This document shows, in pieces, positions 17,159 to 27,007 of a stretch of 64,000 bases of DNA. The notes under the pieces were generated by a model, which was not told the origin of the DNA, searched no databases, and worked only from the letters and a program-made list of their open reading frames with translations. Source of the DNA: Candidatus Bathyarchaeota archaeon (GTDB lineage Archaea; Thermoproteota; Bathyarchaeia; 40CM-2-53-6; CAVXDP01); contig CAVXDP010000015.1 in assembly GCA_963760485.1 (NCBI GenBank), forward strand, positions 50,193 through 114,192. The letters are read 5' to 3'. How positions within the stretch are numbered: the first letter of the stretch is position 1; the number at the start of each line of letters is the position of its first letter. Made by a program: the position numbers and the translations under genes.

Positions 17159-17434
17159 ATGGTCAGTAAGCCTTCCCACATCGAGATAAGAAGTTTCAAG
17201 ATAGTGGTCGATCTAGAAGATCTCTTCGCACCTGAATCGACTCTCGAACAATTCGTAAAGCTCCATGGATTTGCTCCCAAGCCACCACGCTATAGGGTCG
17301 TAGATGTTGAGATTGTTGCCTGCTCAGAAGACGGGCAACCGGTGTTGGTTACGGAATGTGGAAAATGTAGGAGATTCATTCGGAGATACGAGGGGAGCAT
17401 TTGCTGCCGTAAGATAAGATACATCGAAAAGTAG
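17159..17434 (+). CDS. hypothetical Cys-containing protein, last gene of the crenactin operon
   Basis: C...ECGKC...C putative Zn site; starts 1 nt after the upstream stop. Confidence 0.6.
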   Translation: MVSKPSHIEIRSFKIVVDLEDLFAPESTLEQFVKLHGFAPKPPRYRVVDVEIVACSEDGQPVLVTECGKCRRFIRRYEGSICCRKIRYIEK

Positions 17435-17524
17435 TAATCTCGCTTTCAAAGACTTCTTAAGAGCATTTCAAACCATTTCCACCTTGGGTACTTGATCTAA
17501 CATGTTGAATGGGAGTTGTGAAGA

Positions 17525-18364
17525 GTGAAAGTCGGGGCACATATGTCGATTGCGGGGTCAATTGACCTTTCAGTTGATAGGGCGAAGGAAAGATCCTGTG
17601 ATACTTTCCAAATCTTCACAACGAACCCTCGAGGATGGAAGTCCCGAAAGCTCCGGAAAGAAGAGATTGAACTATTCAGGGACAAACTTTCAAGTTCAGG
17701 AATTGTGCCAGTTGTTTCCCACATGCCATATCTTCCCAACTTGGCTTCGCCTTCCAAATCGACCCACAAGAGGTCCGTCAGGACATTAGTAGCAGAAATC
17801 GAAAGATGTCAAGTGCTCGGGATTCCATACCTTGTGACTCATTTGGGAAGTCATATGGGAAAGGGATTGGACATAGGTCATGACAGGATAGTTGAGGCTG
17901 TCAACACGGCACTCGCGGCACCAGCGGAAACCGTGATGATACTTCTGGAGAATACGGCGGGAACCAAGAACAGCAATGGAACGTATTTTGAAGAGATAGA
18001 GAAAATCCTTGACAGAATCGAAATTCCTAAAAGGGTAGGAGTCTGCTTGGACACCAGTCATGCTTTCGCTGCAGGATATGAACTCAGAAACGAGAATTCA
18101 CTAGATGAAGTATTCAAGCGTTTTGAAGACATAGTGGGAACAGATCGGCTCAGGGTTATTCATCTAAACGATTCCAAGGGTGGATTGGGGTCTCACGTTG
18201 ATAGACATGAACATATTGGGATGGGATACATTGGTGAAAAGGGTTTCAAAGTAATCCTAAAACACCATCTCTTCCGAGAACGTCCGTTGATACTGGAAAC
18301 GCCGATCGATGATCGTCGAGACGATTACGGGAACATAAGTAAAGTGCGGGAACTCGCTTCTTGA
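17525..18364 (+). CDS. nfo: endonuclease IV (AP endonuclease)
   Basis: GAHMS, H.PYL.NL, LENTAG, CLDTSH, HLNDSK....S.VDRH.HIG.G.IG, ILETP. Confidence 0.95.
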   Translation: MKVGAHMSIAGSIDLSVDRAKERSCDTFQIFTTNPRGWKSRKLRKEEIELFRDKLSSSGIVPVVSHMPYLPNLASPSKSTHKRSVRTLVAEIERCQVLGIPYLVTHLGSHMGKGLDIGHDRIVEAVNTALAAPAETVMILLENTAGTKNSNGTYFEEIEKILDRIEIPKRVGVCLDTSHAFAAGYELRNENSLDEVFKRFEDIVGTDRLRVIHLNDSKGGLGSHVDRHEHIGMGYIGEKGFKVILKHHLFRERPLILETPIDDRRDDYGNISKVRELAS

Positions 18365-18415
18365 AATCCTTAGTTCTTCTCGTCGTTTTTTCTGCAAGCC
18401 AAGAGACCGAAAGGA

Positions 18416-18697
18416 CTAAAAGCTCTCTACAGCACCCTTCAATTCCGCCACAGTCTGTTTGAGAATTACCGCATCCTTCCCAATCTTCTCAACCAACATC
18501 GGCGTAACTCTGCCTTTCCCATGTCTTATGGCGATCAGCTTGTCAAATAGCTGTTTAGTGGCTCCTCTCTCAAGTTCGAGTATGAGATGAGTTATCTTAA
18601 ATTCATCATCAATCTCTACATCCTTGACCTTTCCAAGCCTAACCATGTTCTTACTGTAAACTGCCATGTCTAGAATGCTGCTAATTAGCAATACCAA
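18416..18697 (-). CDS. PRC-barrel domain protein
   Basis: ILDM.VYSKN...LGKVKDVEID...V.KIG.DAVIL. Confidence 0.75.
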   Translation of the reverse strand: MVLLISSILDMAVYSKNMVRLGKVKDVEIDDEFKITHLILELERGATKQLFDKLIAIRHGKGRVTPMLVEKIGKDAVILKQTVAELKGAVESF

Positions 18698-18826
18698 GAC
18701 CTCTGAAGATCATTTGACCCGCATCTTTAAAAATCTTCCAGAAATCGGAAGAAAAGAAATGATCCTACGCTCTCTAGGACAAAGAGAGGGCTTGAAATGC
18801 AGACTACGAATTCCTAGAAAAAACCG

Positions 18827-19135
18827 CTAAATAAGCTCGATCTCGATAAAGACGTCGTCTGGAGTCTTGATCCTCATGAGTCTCTTCAGAAATCTCTCGT
18901 TTGGATCCACATCTATCAGCCGTTTGTGGATTCTCATCTCCCACCTGTCCCATGTGTGAGTTCCTTCGCCACAGGGGCTCTTTCTCGTTGGAACTATCAG
19001 TCTCTTGGTTGGAAGAGGGACAGGTCCGTGAAGCTTCACTCCAGCCTTGTCAGCTATCTTCGTAATCTCGTCGCAGATTGAGTTCAGATCTTTAGGATCT
19101 ATGCTTGAAAGTTTTATTCGTGCTTTATTGACCAT
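18827..19135 (-). CDS. rpsJ: 30S ribosomal protein S10 (uS10)
   Basis: [37 protein letters not shown]. Confidence 0.98.
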   Translation of the reverse strand: MVNKARIKLSSIDPKDLNSICDEITKIADKAGVKLHGPVPLPTKRLIVPTRKSPCGEGTHTWDRWEMRIHKRLIDVDPNERFLKRLMRIKTPDDVFIEIELI

Positions 19136-19217
19136 TCTAGTTCATTCTCCAACCTAAGGCGACGAGGTACGCAGTAGAAAGAGAAGGGGCTTAAAAATCT
19201 TGGGATGAGGAAGGATT

Positions 19218-20519
19218 CTATGCTTTCTCAGTTACTTCTTTGACAACTCCGACTGCTACTGTCATACCCATGTCTCTTATTGCGAATCTTCCGAGTTGAG
19301 GAATCTGTGAGAAAGGTTCGACTACCATTGGTGCCACGGGGCGTATCTTTACGATGGCGCTGTCTCCCGTCTTGAGGAATGCGGGTTTCTCTTCGATTAC
19401 TTGGCCAGATCTTGGGTCGATCTTTTGCAAAAGCTCTGTCATGGTAGCTGCCATCGTTGCGGTATGAGCGTGCATTACAGGAGTGTAGCCTTGAGCGATA
19501 GCGGTTGGATGGAATATTACGATCAATTGCCCGATGAATTCCTTTGCAACTGTTGGTGGTGAGTCAACATGGCCTACAACGTCGCCTCTATGAATGTCAG
19601 TCTTGTTTACTCCTCTCACGTTGAAACCAATGTTGTCTCCGGGTACCGCTTCCGGTATTCTTACGTGGTGAGTTTCAATGGTTTTGCATTCTCCCTGGAC
19701 GTTGGAGGGCATGAAGATGATCTTATCTCCATCCTTGAGGACTCCGGTTTCAACTCTTCCAACGGGAACCGTTCCAACACCCGTGATTGAATATACGTCT
19801 TGAACCGGAAGTCTCAGTGGCTTGTCAGTTGGCTTTGGTGGAGGAACGAAGTTGTCAAGTGCCTCATAGACGGTAGGTCCCTTGTACCATGACATTTTCT
19901 CGCTGCGTTTGAATAGGTTGTCTCCCGTCCATCCTGAAACTGGTATGAAATTGATCTTTGTCGGATCGTAACCTACAACCTTGAGTAGTTCTGAGATTTC
20001 TTTCTTGCATTCGTCGTAACGTTCTTGAGTATAGTTGACTGTTGCATCATCCATCTTTGTTATGGCTACCATGAGCTGCCCGACACCCAGTGTCCTTGCT
20101 AAGTATGCATGTTCTCTGGCTTGCCCACCGGGTCCGATAGCAACCTCAAACTCTCCCTTCTTGCCTGATATGACGAGAATAGCGCAGTCTGCTTGGCTTG
20201 TGCCTGTAATCATGTTTTTGATGAAGTCTCTGTGACCGGGTGCGTCAATTATTGTGTAGAAGATTTTTGGCGTTTCAAACTTTTGGAAAGATAAGTCTAT
20301 GGTAACGCCTCTTTCTCTTTCCTCTTTCAAACTGTCAAGAACCCACGCGAATTTGAATGAGTCTCCGACCCCAGTCTTCTCAGATTCCTTGGCGTAGTCA
20401 TCGATTGTCTTTTTGTCAACGAAGCCTGCGTCGAACATTAGGTGGCCTGTCATCGTACTCTTTCCATGGTCAACGTGGCCAATCACTATGAGGTTGAGGT
20501 GAGGTTTCTGTGAACTCAT
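19218..20519 (-). CDS. tuf: elongation factor 1-alpha
   Basis: GHVDHGKST, EERERGVTID, DAPGHRDF, LGRFAIRDMG; start taken at MSSQKPH. Confidence 0.98.
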   Translation of the reverse strand: MSSQKPHLNLIVIGHVDHGKSTMTGHLMFDAGFVDKKTIDDYAKESEKTGVGDSFKFAWVLDSLKEERERGVTIDLSFQKFETPKIFYTIIDAPGHRDFIKNMITGTSQADCAILVISGKKGEFEVAIGPGGQAREHAYLARTLGVGQLMVAITKMDDATVNYTQERYDECKKEISELLKVVGYDPTKINFIPVSGWTGDNLFKRSEKMSWYKGPTVYEALDNFVPPPKPTDKPLRLPVQDVYSITGVGTVPVGRVETGVLKDGDKIIFMPSNVQGECKTIETHHVRIPEAVPGDNIGFNVRGVNKTDIHRGDVVGHVDSPPTVAKEFIGQLIVIFHPTAIAQGYTPVMHAHTATMAATMTELLQKIDPRSGQVIEEKPAFLKTGDSAIVKIRPVAPMVVEPFSQIPQLGRFAIRDMGMTVAVGVVKEVTEKA

Positions 20520-20646
20520 AGCTTTTTCATTCCTATTTTGATAGTTCGTAGTTGTAGAAGACAACCCCATATTTAAGCTGCACGATGAAAGTTAGAACTA
20601 AGTGGTCCCAATCAACAGCTAGGGTAATCTCAAAGAAGGAAATACT

Positions 20647-21234
20647 CTAGCGAGATGCCAGGGCAACCCTTTCCATTTCATCTTTCTTTCTGATGGCGAA
20701 GCCCCTGCTGTCTCTACTTGCACAGAATGTTATCTCGTCGGCAAGTGCCTCATCTATGGTCTTTGGATTGCCGAGTGAAGCCTGCCTAGCTCCGTCAGTG
20801 ATGAACCTCAATGTCAGGTCCAACCTTCGCTGAGGTGCAATGTCCACGGAGATTGGGTAGACGACTCCACCGTAAGCTATTCTCGTAACTTCCTCGCAAG
20901 GAGCGGAATTCTCAATAGCTTTCACCAGGACCTCAAGAGGGTTCTTGCCGGTCTTCAAGTTAATTATGTCAAAAGCATTCTTGACGATCCCAATCGCTCT
21001 CCCCTTCTTGCCTCCAGCTCTTCCATGACGCATCATGTTATTCGTTAATCGTTCAACCACGTTTACAGTTGACTTTCGGAATCTCTGATGCTCATGTCTT
21101 CCCCCACTGTGCGGGATCAATACGGGTTTAACAGAAACATATCGCTTCAGCCCGGGATCTTGGACAGCAAGTTCTTCACTGCGCCATTTTCCAAAGAGCT
21201 TGATGTCTACGGATTTCTTAGACTCCTTGCTCAA
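20647..21234 (-). CDS. rpsG: 30S ribosomal protein S7 (uS7)
   Basis: KLFGKW, PHSGGRH, VDIAPQRR, KKDEMERVA. Confidence 0.97.
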   Translation of the reverse strand: MSKESKKSVDIKLFGKWRSEELAVQDPGLKRYVSVKPVLIPHSGGRHEHQRFRKSTVNVVERLTNNMMRHGRAGGKKGRAIGIVKNAFDIINLKTGKNPLEVLVKAIENSAPCEEVTRIAYGGVVYPISVDIAPQRRLDLTLRFITDGARQASLGNPKTIDEALADEITFCASRDSRGFAIRKKDEMERVALASR

Positions 21235-21721
21235 ACAGGGTTCTGCCTCTTTCTGAATCGTGAACCTCTAGGTTGGGGTTGGGTTTTAATATATGTTATC
21301 CTTTTGACCTTGGCTTCTTAACTAGGAGCAGAGTCTGTGCTTAGGCTGGTGATCGCCAACACCAAGATGCCTCAGAGCAGGTGCATGCAATATTCCCCGC
21401 GGGGGAAAATCGTTACGTTGTAACAAAACTGTGTCCGGTAAGGAACCCGCTCCAGTGCTCCAATTCAAACTGTCAAATAGAACATTTCGTGGGCGACCTC
21501 TATCTTGTCTACTCTCTTCATTTCGATTAGATCCCGCAAATGTTCTCTAACCACTCAAGAGAGAGACATTGTAAGGCTTAGAAGAAATGCATCCTAGTTG
21601 TTGACGAATTGGATCTTCCACTTAAGAAACCGGAACGATCAACAACATGAAAGACAATTGCACGTTCCTTGATTTCCAATAGAACTAAAAGAATCCTTAG
21701 CACGACTGATATTCCACACTA

Positions 21722-22043
21722 GCGGTGGCGACATCCCCAGATGATTGACACCCCTCTCGGTCGCGGTGTCCCGATCGCTTTCTCCTACCTGTGATCCCAC
21801 CAGCGCCTACGCGTCCACCTTACGACCGCTCTCTTCCGAGCCTCGCCGGATTCAGTGACAGAGAAATAACTTTCCTCCTTCGAAGAAAGTCCTTCTTCCG
21901 CTGGCCCGACAGGGCAGGAAATCATTGTTGGCAGCCGGGGCCTTCAACCGTTCGGAAACGCCGCTCACCTAGGTTAGCGGATCCCCGCATGTAGCCGATT
22001 TCGGGTAAAGGGAACGGCTAACTCCCCGACCCCTCGCCACCGC
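21722..22043 (-). ncRNA. ffs: archaeal SRP (7S) RNA
   Basis: Terminal helix GCGGTGGCGA/TCGCCACCGC; Alu domain GGGGAGTTAGCCGTTCCC..CCCGAAATCGGCTACATGCGGG; helix 6 ACTTTCTTC-GAAG-GAGGAAAGT; helix 8 GAGGCTC-GGAA-GAGAGCG; TATA about 26 nt upstream. Confidence 0.92.
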
Positions 22044-22144
22044 CAAATCAGAGTGAGAATTGCTTTCAATATATACTTTCCTAGCGAAGATCTCCAAGAA
22101 ACTAGTCAAGAAGACATCTCAGACGGTGAAGGGCTGATTCAGCA

Positions 22145-23062
22145 CTAACTGTTCATTCTTTTCAACAATTTGCATGCCTCACATGTGTCAGACGTCGTCG
22201 GTTCGCCGCAAGTATTGCATCTACGAAGGATCAAATCAGATTTTGAGTATTGAAATAGGTCACGGAGACGTTCCACCGATCTATAGATGGTGAATTTCAT
22301 TCCCATATGTTTCGTTTCTAACCGGTTCAACACAGTTCTAATGTCGTTCCTCAAAGCTGTTGATGCGTAGGGACAGGGAACCGTTTGCATATTGATCCCC
22401 GTCGTGTGAGCATACAGAACAACCTCCCTCTCAGGAGACTCAGCCAGTGGCTTTACACGTGGCAGAAACATTCCTGAAGGATCATCCAAAGATGGGCCTG
22501 AACGGGCTACGCGTGTCACATCTCCATGGAACATGTTCAGAACGAATGTCTGAACTTCATCATCCATATTGTGAGCAGTTACAATTTTTGTTGCGTTAAG
22601 CTTGCGTGCGATCATGTTGATCGCTTTCCGCCTCAACACTCCACAATATGAGCATGGAAATGTGAGTTTCCTCTCCGCAACCAACTCATCCAGGCTATAC
22701 CCGTAGAGTTCCTTGAATGAAATTATCTTATGGTCTATTGCAAGTTTCGCGCATTCATCTCTTGCAATGTCGACTGCTTCATTTCTATATCCTTCAATTC
22801 CCTCATCAATCGTCACGGCTGTGAGTCGAGACTTTGGAAACCTCTTCTCTATCTTGCGGAGGATTCTCAGCAGTGTTACGCTGTCCTTTCCTCCTGATAG
22901 TGCGAGAGCTATGTGATCATCTACGTCAAGCATATGATGTCGTGACATTGTCTTTCGTATTCTATTCTCGAAATTGTCCTTGAAGCATTCACGACAGAAA
23001 GGGACTCCCTCATATTCTCTGACGTAGAAAGCCTCCGATGAGTTGCAAACGCTGCACTTCAA
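22145..23062 (-). CDS. tRNA 2-thiouridine synthetase TtuA/NcsA family
   Basis: CSVC..CREC, SGGKDS PP-loop, PCSYCGVLRR, TAHNMDDE, C-terminal Zn finger; start taken at TTG (LKCSVC). Confidence 0.92.
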   Translation of the reverse strand: MKCSVCNSSEAFYVREYEGVPFCRECFKDNFENRIRKTMSRHHMLDVDDHIALALSGGKDSVTLLRILRKIEKRFPKSRLTAVTIDEGIEGYRNEAVDIARDECAKLAIDHKIISFKELYGYSLDELVAERKLTFPCSYCGVLRRKAINMIARKLNATKIVTAHNMDDEVQTFVLNMFHGDVTRVARSGPSLDDPSGMFLPRVKPLAESPEREVVLYAHTTGINMQTVPCPYASTALRNDIRTVLNRLETKHMGMKFTIYRSVERLRDLFQYSKSDLILRRCNTCGEPTTSDTCEACKLLKRMNS

Positions 23063-23075
23063 GCTCGGAAATCCT

Positions 23076-24230
23076 CTATATTCTGGTAAATCCGAACCTG
23101 AGAAATGATAGAACAATGTTGAGGCCGAGTATAACGATGCATGCCGCCGTGATGACGTTTCCAATTTCCTTTGATCTCTTCATCTTTAACATCTTTAGAA
23201 CGGTGTCGGTAAATTTCCCACCGTCAAGTGGGCCTATAGGAAGCATGTTTAGCAATGCCACACTCACAAGAATCATGTTCATCCAATTCTCCGTGATGTA
23301 CACTTGATAGGGCAGTTCAACGGGTAGTGATCCAAGCCTGGGAGGATAGTAATTGAATGGTACGATTCCTATCAGGGCTTTCGAAACGTTTTGACTACTC
23401 GGTTGTGTCCTAATCACAAAATCTCCACGTCCAGTCGTTACTCTGAGTGTACTGTTCGGTTTGATGTTGTTCATATAACTCCTCAGTTCGTCGACACTTC
23501 TAACGTGGGTTCCGTTCAGATTAGAGATCGTATCCCATTTCTTGATGCCGACACGCTCAGCAGCTCCTCCCTGCACAAGTTCTGTAATGACGATTCCATT
23601 TGATTGAGGGAAGTAGAGAGGACTGATAGTGAAAGCGAAGTTCGTAATCAATAAGAGAACAAGCACTCCGACAGCGATGTTGGTAGATGCCCCTGCTGAG
23701 AAAATCCTCAACTTGGTTGCAGGCTTCGCTTCCTCAAGCTTCTTCTCATCAATCTCAACGAATCCTCCTGGAAGCACCAAGGCAAGAAATATTCCCGCTG
23801 ATTTCAGAGGGATTTTCTCTACAAGGCTTGCGATTCCGTGCGCAAATTCATGAGTGACCACAACAACGACCAGTGAAATAAGAATGTAAGGAAGACTTTC
23901 CATACCGATCGTCAAGCCAGGTACTAGAAGCATCACTTGAGACGCTTGCTCAGGCTTTTGGAAGAAAAAGTACACGTTCTTAACTAGACTGTAAAATATG
24001 AAGATTATCTGACCAACTGCCAGAGCTGATGCAGTACTCCATGCAACAACCCAAAAGAATCTCCCTTTCTGCGCTATTCTCTCCATCAGTCTGTTCAGAG
24101 CTGTAGTCTTGTAGACCATGTAGAATGGTTTGACGGTTAACCCCCATCTCTCTGTCCTAATACCTTTAGAAATCAAGTAGAAACCAATCCAAATTGCACC
24201 GAAGAGTCCTAAGGTAGTGATGGTGTTCAT
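23076..24230 (-). CDS. site-2 protease (M50) with PDZ domain
   Basis: HEFAH, NMLPIGPLDGG, GAAERVGIKKWDTI. Confidence 0.92.
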   Translation of the reverse strand: MNTITTLGLFGAIWIGFYLISKGIRTERWGLTVKPFYMVYKTTALNRLMERIAQKGRFFWVVAWSTASALAVGQIIFIFYSLVKNVYFFFQKPEQASQVMLLVPGLTIGMESLPYILISLVVVVVTHEFAHGIASLVEKIPLKSAGIFLALVLPGGFVEIDEKKLEEAKPATKLRIFSAGASTNIAVGVLVLLLITNFAFTISPLYFPQSNGIVITELVQGGAAERVGIKKWDTISNLNGTHVRSVDELRSYMNNIKPNSTLRVTTGRGDFVIRTQPSSQNVSKALIGIVPFNYYPPRLGSLPVELPYQVYITENWMNMILVSVALLNMLPIGPLDGGKFTDTVLKMLKMKRSKEIGNVITAACIVILGLNIVLSFLRFGFTRI

Positions 24231-24314
24231 CAGGTTCCCTTCGACAGAGAGATTGACTGAGGCATAAACGTTTCCAAATGCTTCCAGAGAGTTATCTGAT
24301 TTCGATAACTGGTT

Positions 24315-25061
24315 CTATCTGGTTCTTGAAAGGTAGGCTCTTCTAATAGCTGGATTGGTATCCACGAGTCTCTTTATTACACTCTCAAATGTGTCATCTT
24401 TTCTGAGTTCGGCCAACAGGTAGATTCCCGTTCTTCCGATGCGGTCTCTTCGAGTTAATACTCTAACTCTCTCTTTCACAATATCGACACTTACCCCAAC
24501 ACTTTTGGCCACTTGAGCTTCGCGTCCAATAACCGGAGATTCCACGTGCCCCTGCGAAGTTGGAACAATCAACGTCAGCTTCTTCGTGCATCCAGCGACC
24601 CTTACTTCTTCTTTCAGTTTTTCGATGTCGACTACACCACCAAACTTGAAGAAATCAAGTTCTAGCGAGCGCAGATTTAATAATGGGAATGTAACGGACA
24701 CTTTCTCCTGAGGGTCCAGGTAGATGTGTCCTTTTGGAGCGTGACTTGGCGTTGCCTGTGCGATTGTTCTTGAGTAGATGTTGAATCCTTTCAGCCCAAG
24801 CGAGACCTCGATCCTGTGAGATGGGACAACGTAAGGAACTACAATGTCAATGTCGCTATACGAGTCTACATCTCCTCTTGCAACGCTCCCGTGAACTATG
24901 GATGATACTCCCGTCTCCTCAAGCGTCTTCACAACTGTCGACGCCTTAGATCTCAAGCTTCGCAAGATTTCCCAGCGTGTTTCGTCATACCTATTCTCCA
25001 CTTGATCCAAGGTTCTTGTGGGCTTCTCAGCCCCTCGCTTGTTCTGCATGGCAATTCTCAA
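24315..25061 (-). CDS. archaeal predicted nucleotidyltransferase (COG2413-like)
   Basis: HGSVARGDV...SDIDI; ERVRVL.RRD.IGRTG. Confidence 0.85.
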   Translation of the reverse strand: MRIAMQNKRGAEKPTRTLDQVENRYDETRWEILRSLRSKASTVVKTLEETGVSSIVHGSVARGDVDSYSDIDIVVPYVVPSHRIEVSLGLKGFNIYSRTIAQATPSHAPKGHIYLDPQEKVSVTFPLLNLRSLELDFFKFGGVVDIEKLKEEVRVAGCTKKLTLIVPTSQGHVESPVIGREAQVAKSVGVSVDIVKERVRVLTRRDRIGRTGIYLLAELRKDDTFESVIKRLVDTNPAIRRAYLSRTR

Positions 25062-25069
25062 TTCTTTTT

Positions 25070-26149
25070 CTATTGGGATCGGTGTTTGGAGTAACGCAGA
25101 AGTGCTGCGATTCCGCCGACTGAAATCAGTTTCCGTCCTCCTTCGTGTTCTGCGCTTACCAGATTCACTTTGCCGTTTGTACTTTCGACTACTCTCATGA
25201 TATCTTCAATTTGTCTTCTCTCTTCCTCATTGGCGTCTCTGAGTTTCTGGAGTGAAACAAGAAGCGTTTCAACCGCACCTGAGGTTGCATCACTTTGAAC
25301 CTCCTGAAGCCCGTAAGAGACATCTCCTCTTGAGGCGCCGAGCCTGGCGAGAACTTCTTCGACGGCCGCTGTCTCCCTAGCAAGTCGAGCGTGTTTTGCA
25401 ATGCTTCCAACTAATCCACATCGGACTGCTTCGTAGACTCCTGATAGACCTCCTGAACTGACGCTCTTGACTGCGACTATATGTTTTGCAGTTTCACTGA
25501 AGTTGTTCTTCATGTATTTCGAGAGGCCTTCCTTTGCAAAGGCTGGACCAGCGATTATGACTCTTCCAGGGTTTCCCGCAAGGGTTCTTTGAAGTGCCTT
25601 GGAAACCTCAGAATAGTATTTTTCGAGGGCTTCTTCCCGTTTCTGATGTTCGCGTTTTCCTGGAAGTCTGGATTTGATTTCGACTTTTACGTCTACGCCA
25701 TACGTTCTAACTGTTGAGATGCAACTTTCATCCGAATCGATTGCTAGAACTATTATTGGTTCTTCTTCAATCTGCGCCTTCTCGAGCCTCTCAAGCTGGT
25801 AGTCGTACCAGTAGTTCTTTGCTATGGTCAATTGGTCATCAGGTCGAAGGCTGATCGTGTGATATGTTCCTTGAATGTTGAAGTCCTCAGGAGCTTCTTT
25901 GACCTTCCCGTGAATTCTTAGACGGCTCATTTCACTGTCGAAATGAACTTTTTCCACTTGAAGCCACATGGACACTGACAACCTTTTGCTTGAGGGTCTT
26001 CCAATCCCATCAGTTTTCACCTCTCGAGTTGTTCGAGCGTGAACAAGATCACCTTTCTCTAGGACGTTGTATAATGCCCAGAGGTCATCCAGAGAGTTTG
26101 TTACGATCTTGATCGAACCATGTTTCAAATCCTTCTGAACTATCCTCAA
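25070..26149 (-). CDS. pelA: pelota (Dom34) mRNA surveillance protein
   Basis: SLDDLW.L.NV...GD, LRIHG, G.YHT, PGKR, GGIAALLRY. Confidence 0.95.
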   Translation of the reverse strand: MRIVQKDLKHGSIKIVTNSLDDLWALYNVLEKGDLVHARTTREVKTDGIGRPSSKRLSVSMWLQVEKVHFDSEMSRLRIHGKVKEAPEDFNIQGTYHTISLRPDDQLTIAKNYWYDYQLERLEKAQIEEEPIIVLAIDSDESCISTVRTYGVDVKVEIKSRLPGKREHQKREEALEKYYSEVSKALQRTLAGNPGRVIIAGPAFAKEGLSKYMKNNFSETAKHIVAVKSVSSGGLSGVYEAVRCGLVGSIAKHARLARETAAVEEVLARLGASRGDVSYGLQEVQSDATSGAVETLLVSLQKLRDANEEERRQIEDIMRVVESTNGKVNLVSAEHEGGRKLISVGGIAALLRYSKHRSQ

Positions 26150-26509
26150 ACACTATCACTTAATTCCATGACGGGAATTCGAAGAGCCAGCATGTATCGC
26201 ATGTAGATCGAACCTCCATAAGAGCTTCGCCTAAGCATCAACACACCTTAGCGTGTAGTTTCATTGATCTCTCTTGTCTAAGAGTCACCTTTGATTATCC
26301 CATCTTGTGAACCAACATGAGTCTGATTCGTGACGCCTCGGTGGAACCCGGCAACGAGACTCTGCTTGCTTGGCGCAAGAAACAGGGAATTGTTTCTTAG
26401 TTTTCTCTTAAAGAAGGGTCTGCGCCTGCACTCGAAAGAGTCTCTAGAAGAACCATAATCACTTTTATAAGCATCCAGACAAGTTGTGCACGCACGCAGT
26501 GACACGTCA

Positions 26510-26683
26510 ATGAATGCCGAACAAGAAGACAAGATAGTCGAAGCACTCGAACAGTTGAGGGTAAGCTACAATCTGCGCCAGTGGAGGGTCTGCTCATTGA
26601 TCTGCGAGTCACTTGCGGAGAAATTCAAGGCAATAGCTCAAAGTGAGTTAGACGCACCGACTCAGGTTCAACGCCGGAAATAA
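26510..26683 (+). CDS. small hypothetical protein (57 aa)
   Basis: ATG about 40 nt downstream of TTTTATAAG; helical composition. Confidence 0.45.
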   Translation: MNAEQEDKIVEALEQLRVSYNLRQWRVCSLICESLAEKFKAIAQSELDAPTQVQRRK

Positions 26684-26716
26684 GTAGTTACTCCAATACT
26701 CTCGACTATATCATTC

Positions 26717-26989
26717 TCACATTTTCTGAAGTCTATCACAAAACTCCACGAGCAGGCTAGTCTTTTGGTTTTCCTCGTTCAGACAGAAAAACTTCATTCC
26801 TCTCGGATGTCTCTCGAACATGACTAGTCCTTCGCTGATCAAAGGTGCGGTTACTCGGGCAATAGTCGTGGGAGACACCCCTAGAAACTCCGCAAGACTG
26901 GACTGATTAAAAACTCTCCCTTTGTTCATGATAAGATACTCCAGAAGTCTTGTCTGTTCTTTGGATCGAAAAAGCTGGCTTAGTCTCAT
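26717..26989 (-). CDS. winged-helix transcriptional regulator
   Basis: FNQSSLAEFLGVSPTTIARV HTH; downstream of pyrH. Confidence 0.75.
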   Translation of the reverse strand: MRLSQLFRSKEQTRLLEYLIMNKGRVFNQSSLAEFLGVSPTTIARVTAPLISEGLVMFERHPRGMKFFCLNEENQKTSLLVEFCDRLQKM

Positions 26990-27007
26990 GACTCCTCACT
27001 TGTTGAA

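Noticed and set aside
21722..22043. RNase P RNA, or the overlapping ORF 21791-21994
   Set aside because: Lacks the GAGGAAAGUCC/ACAGAA P4 pairing context; Alu, helix 6 and helix 8 features identify SRP RNA. The ORF is an antisense artefact.
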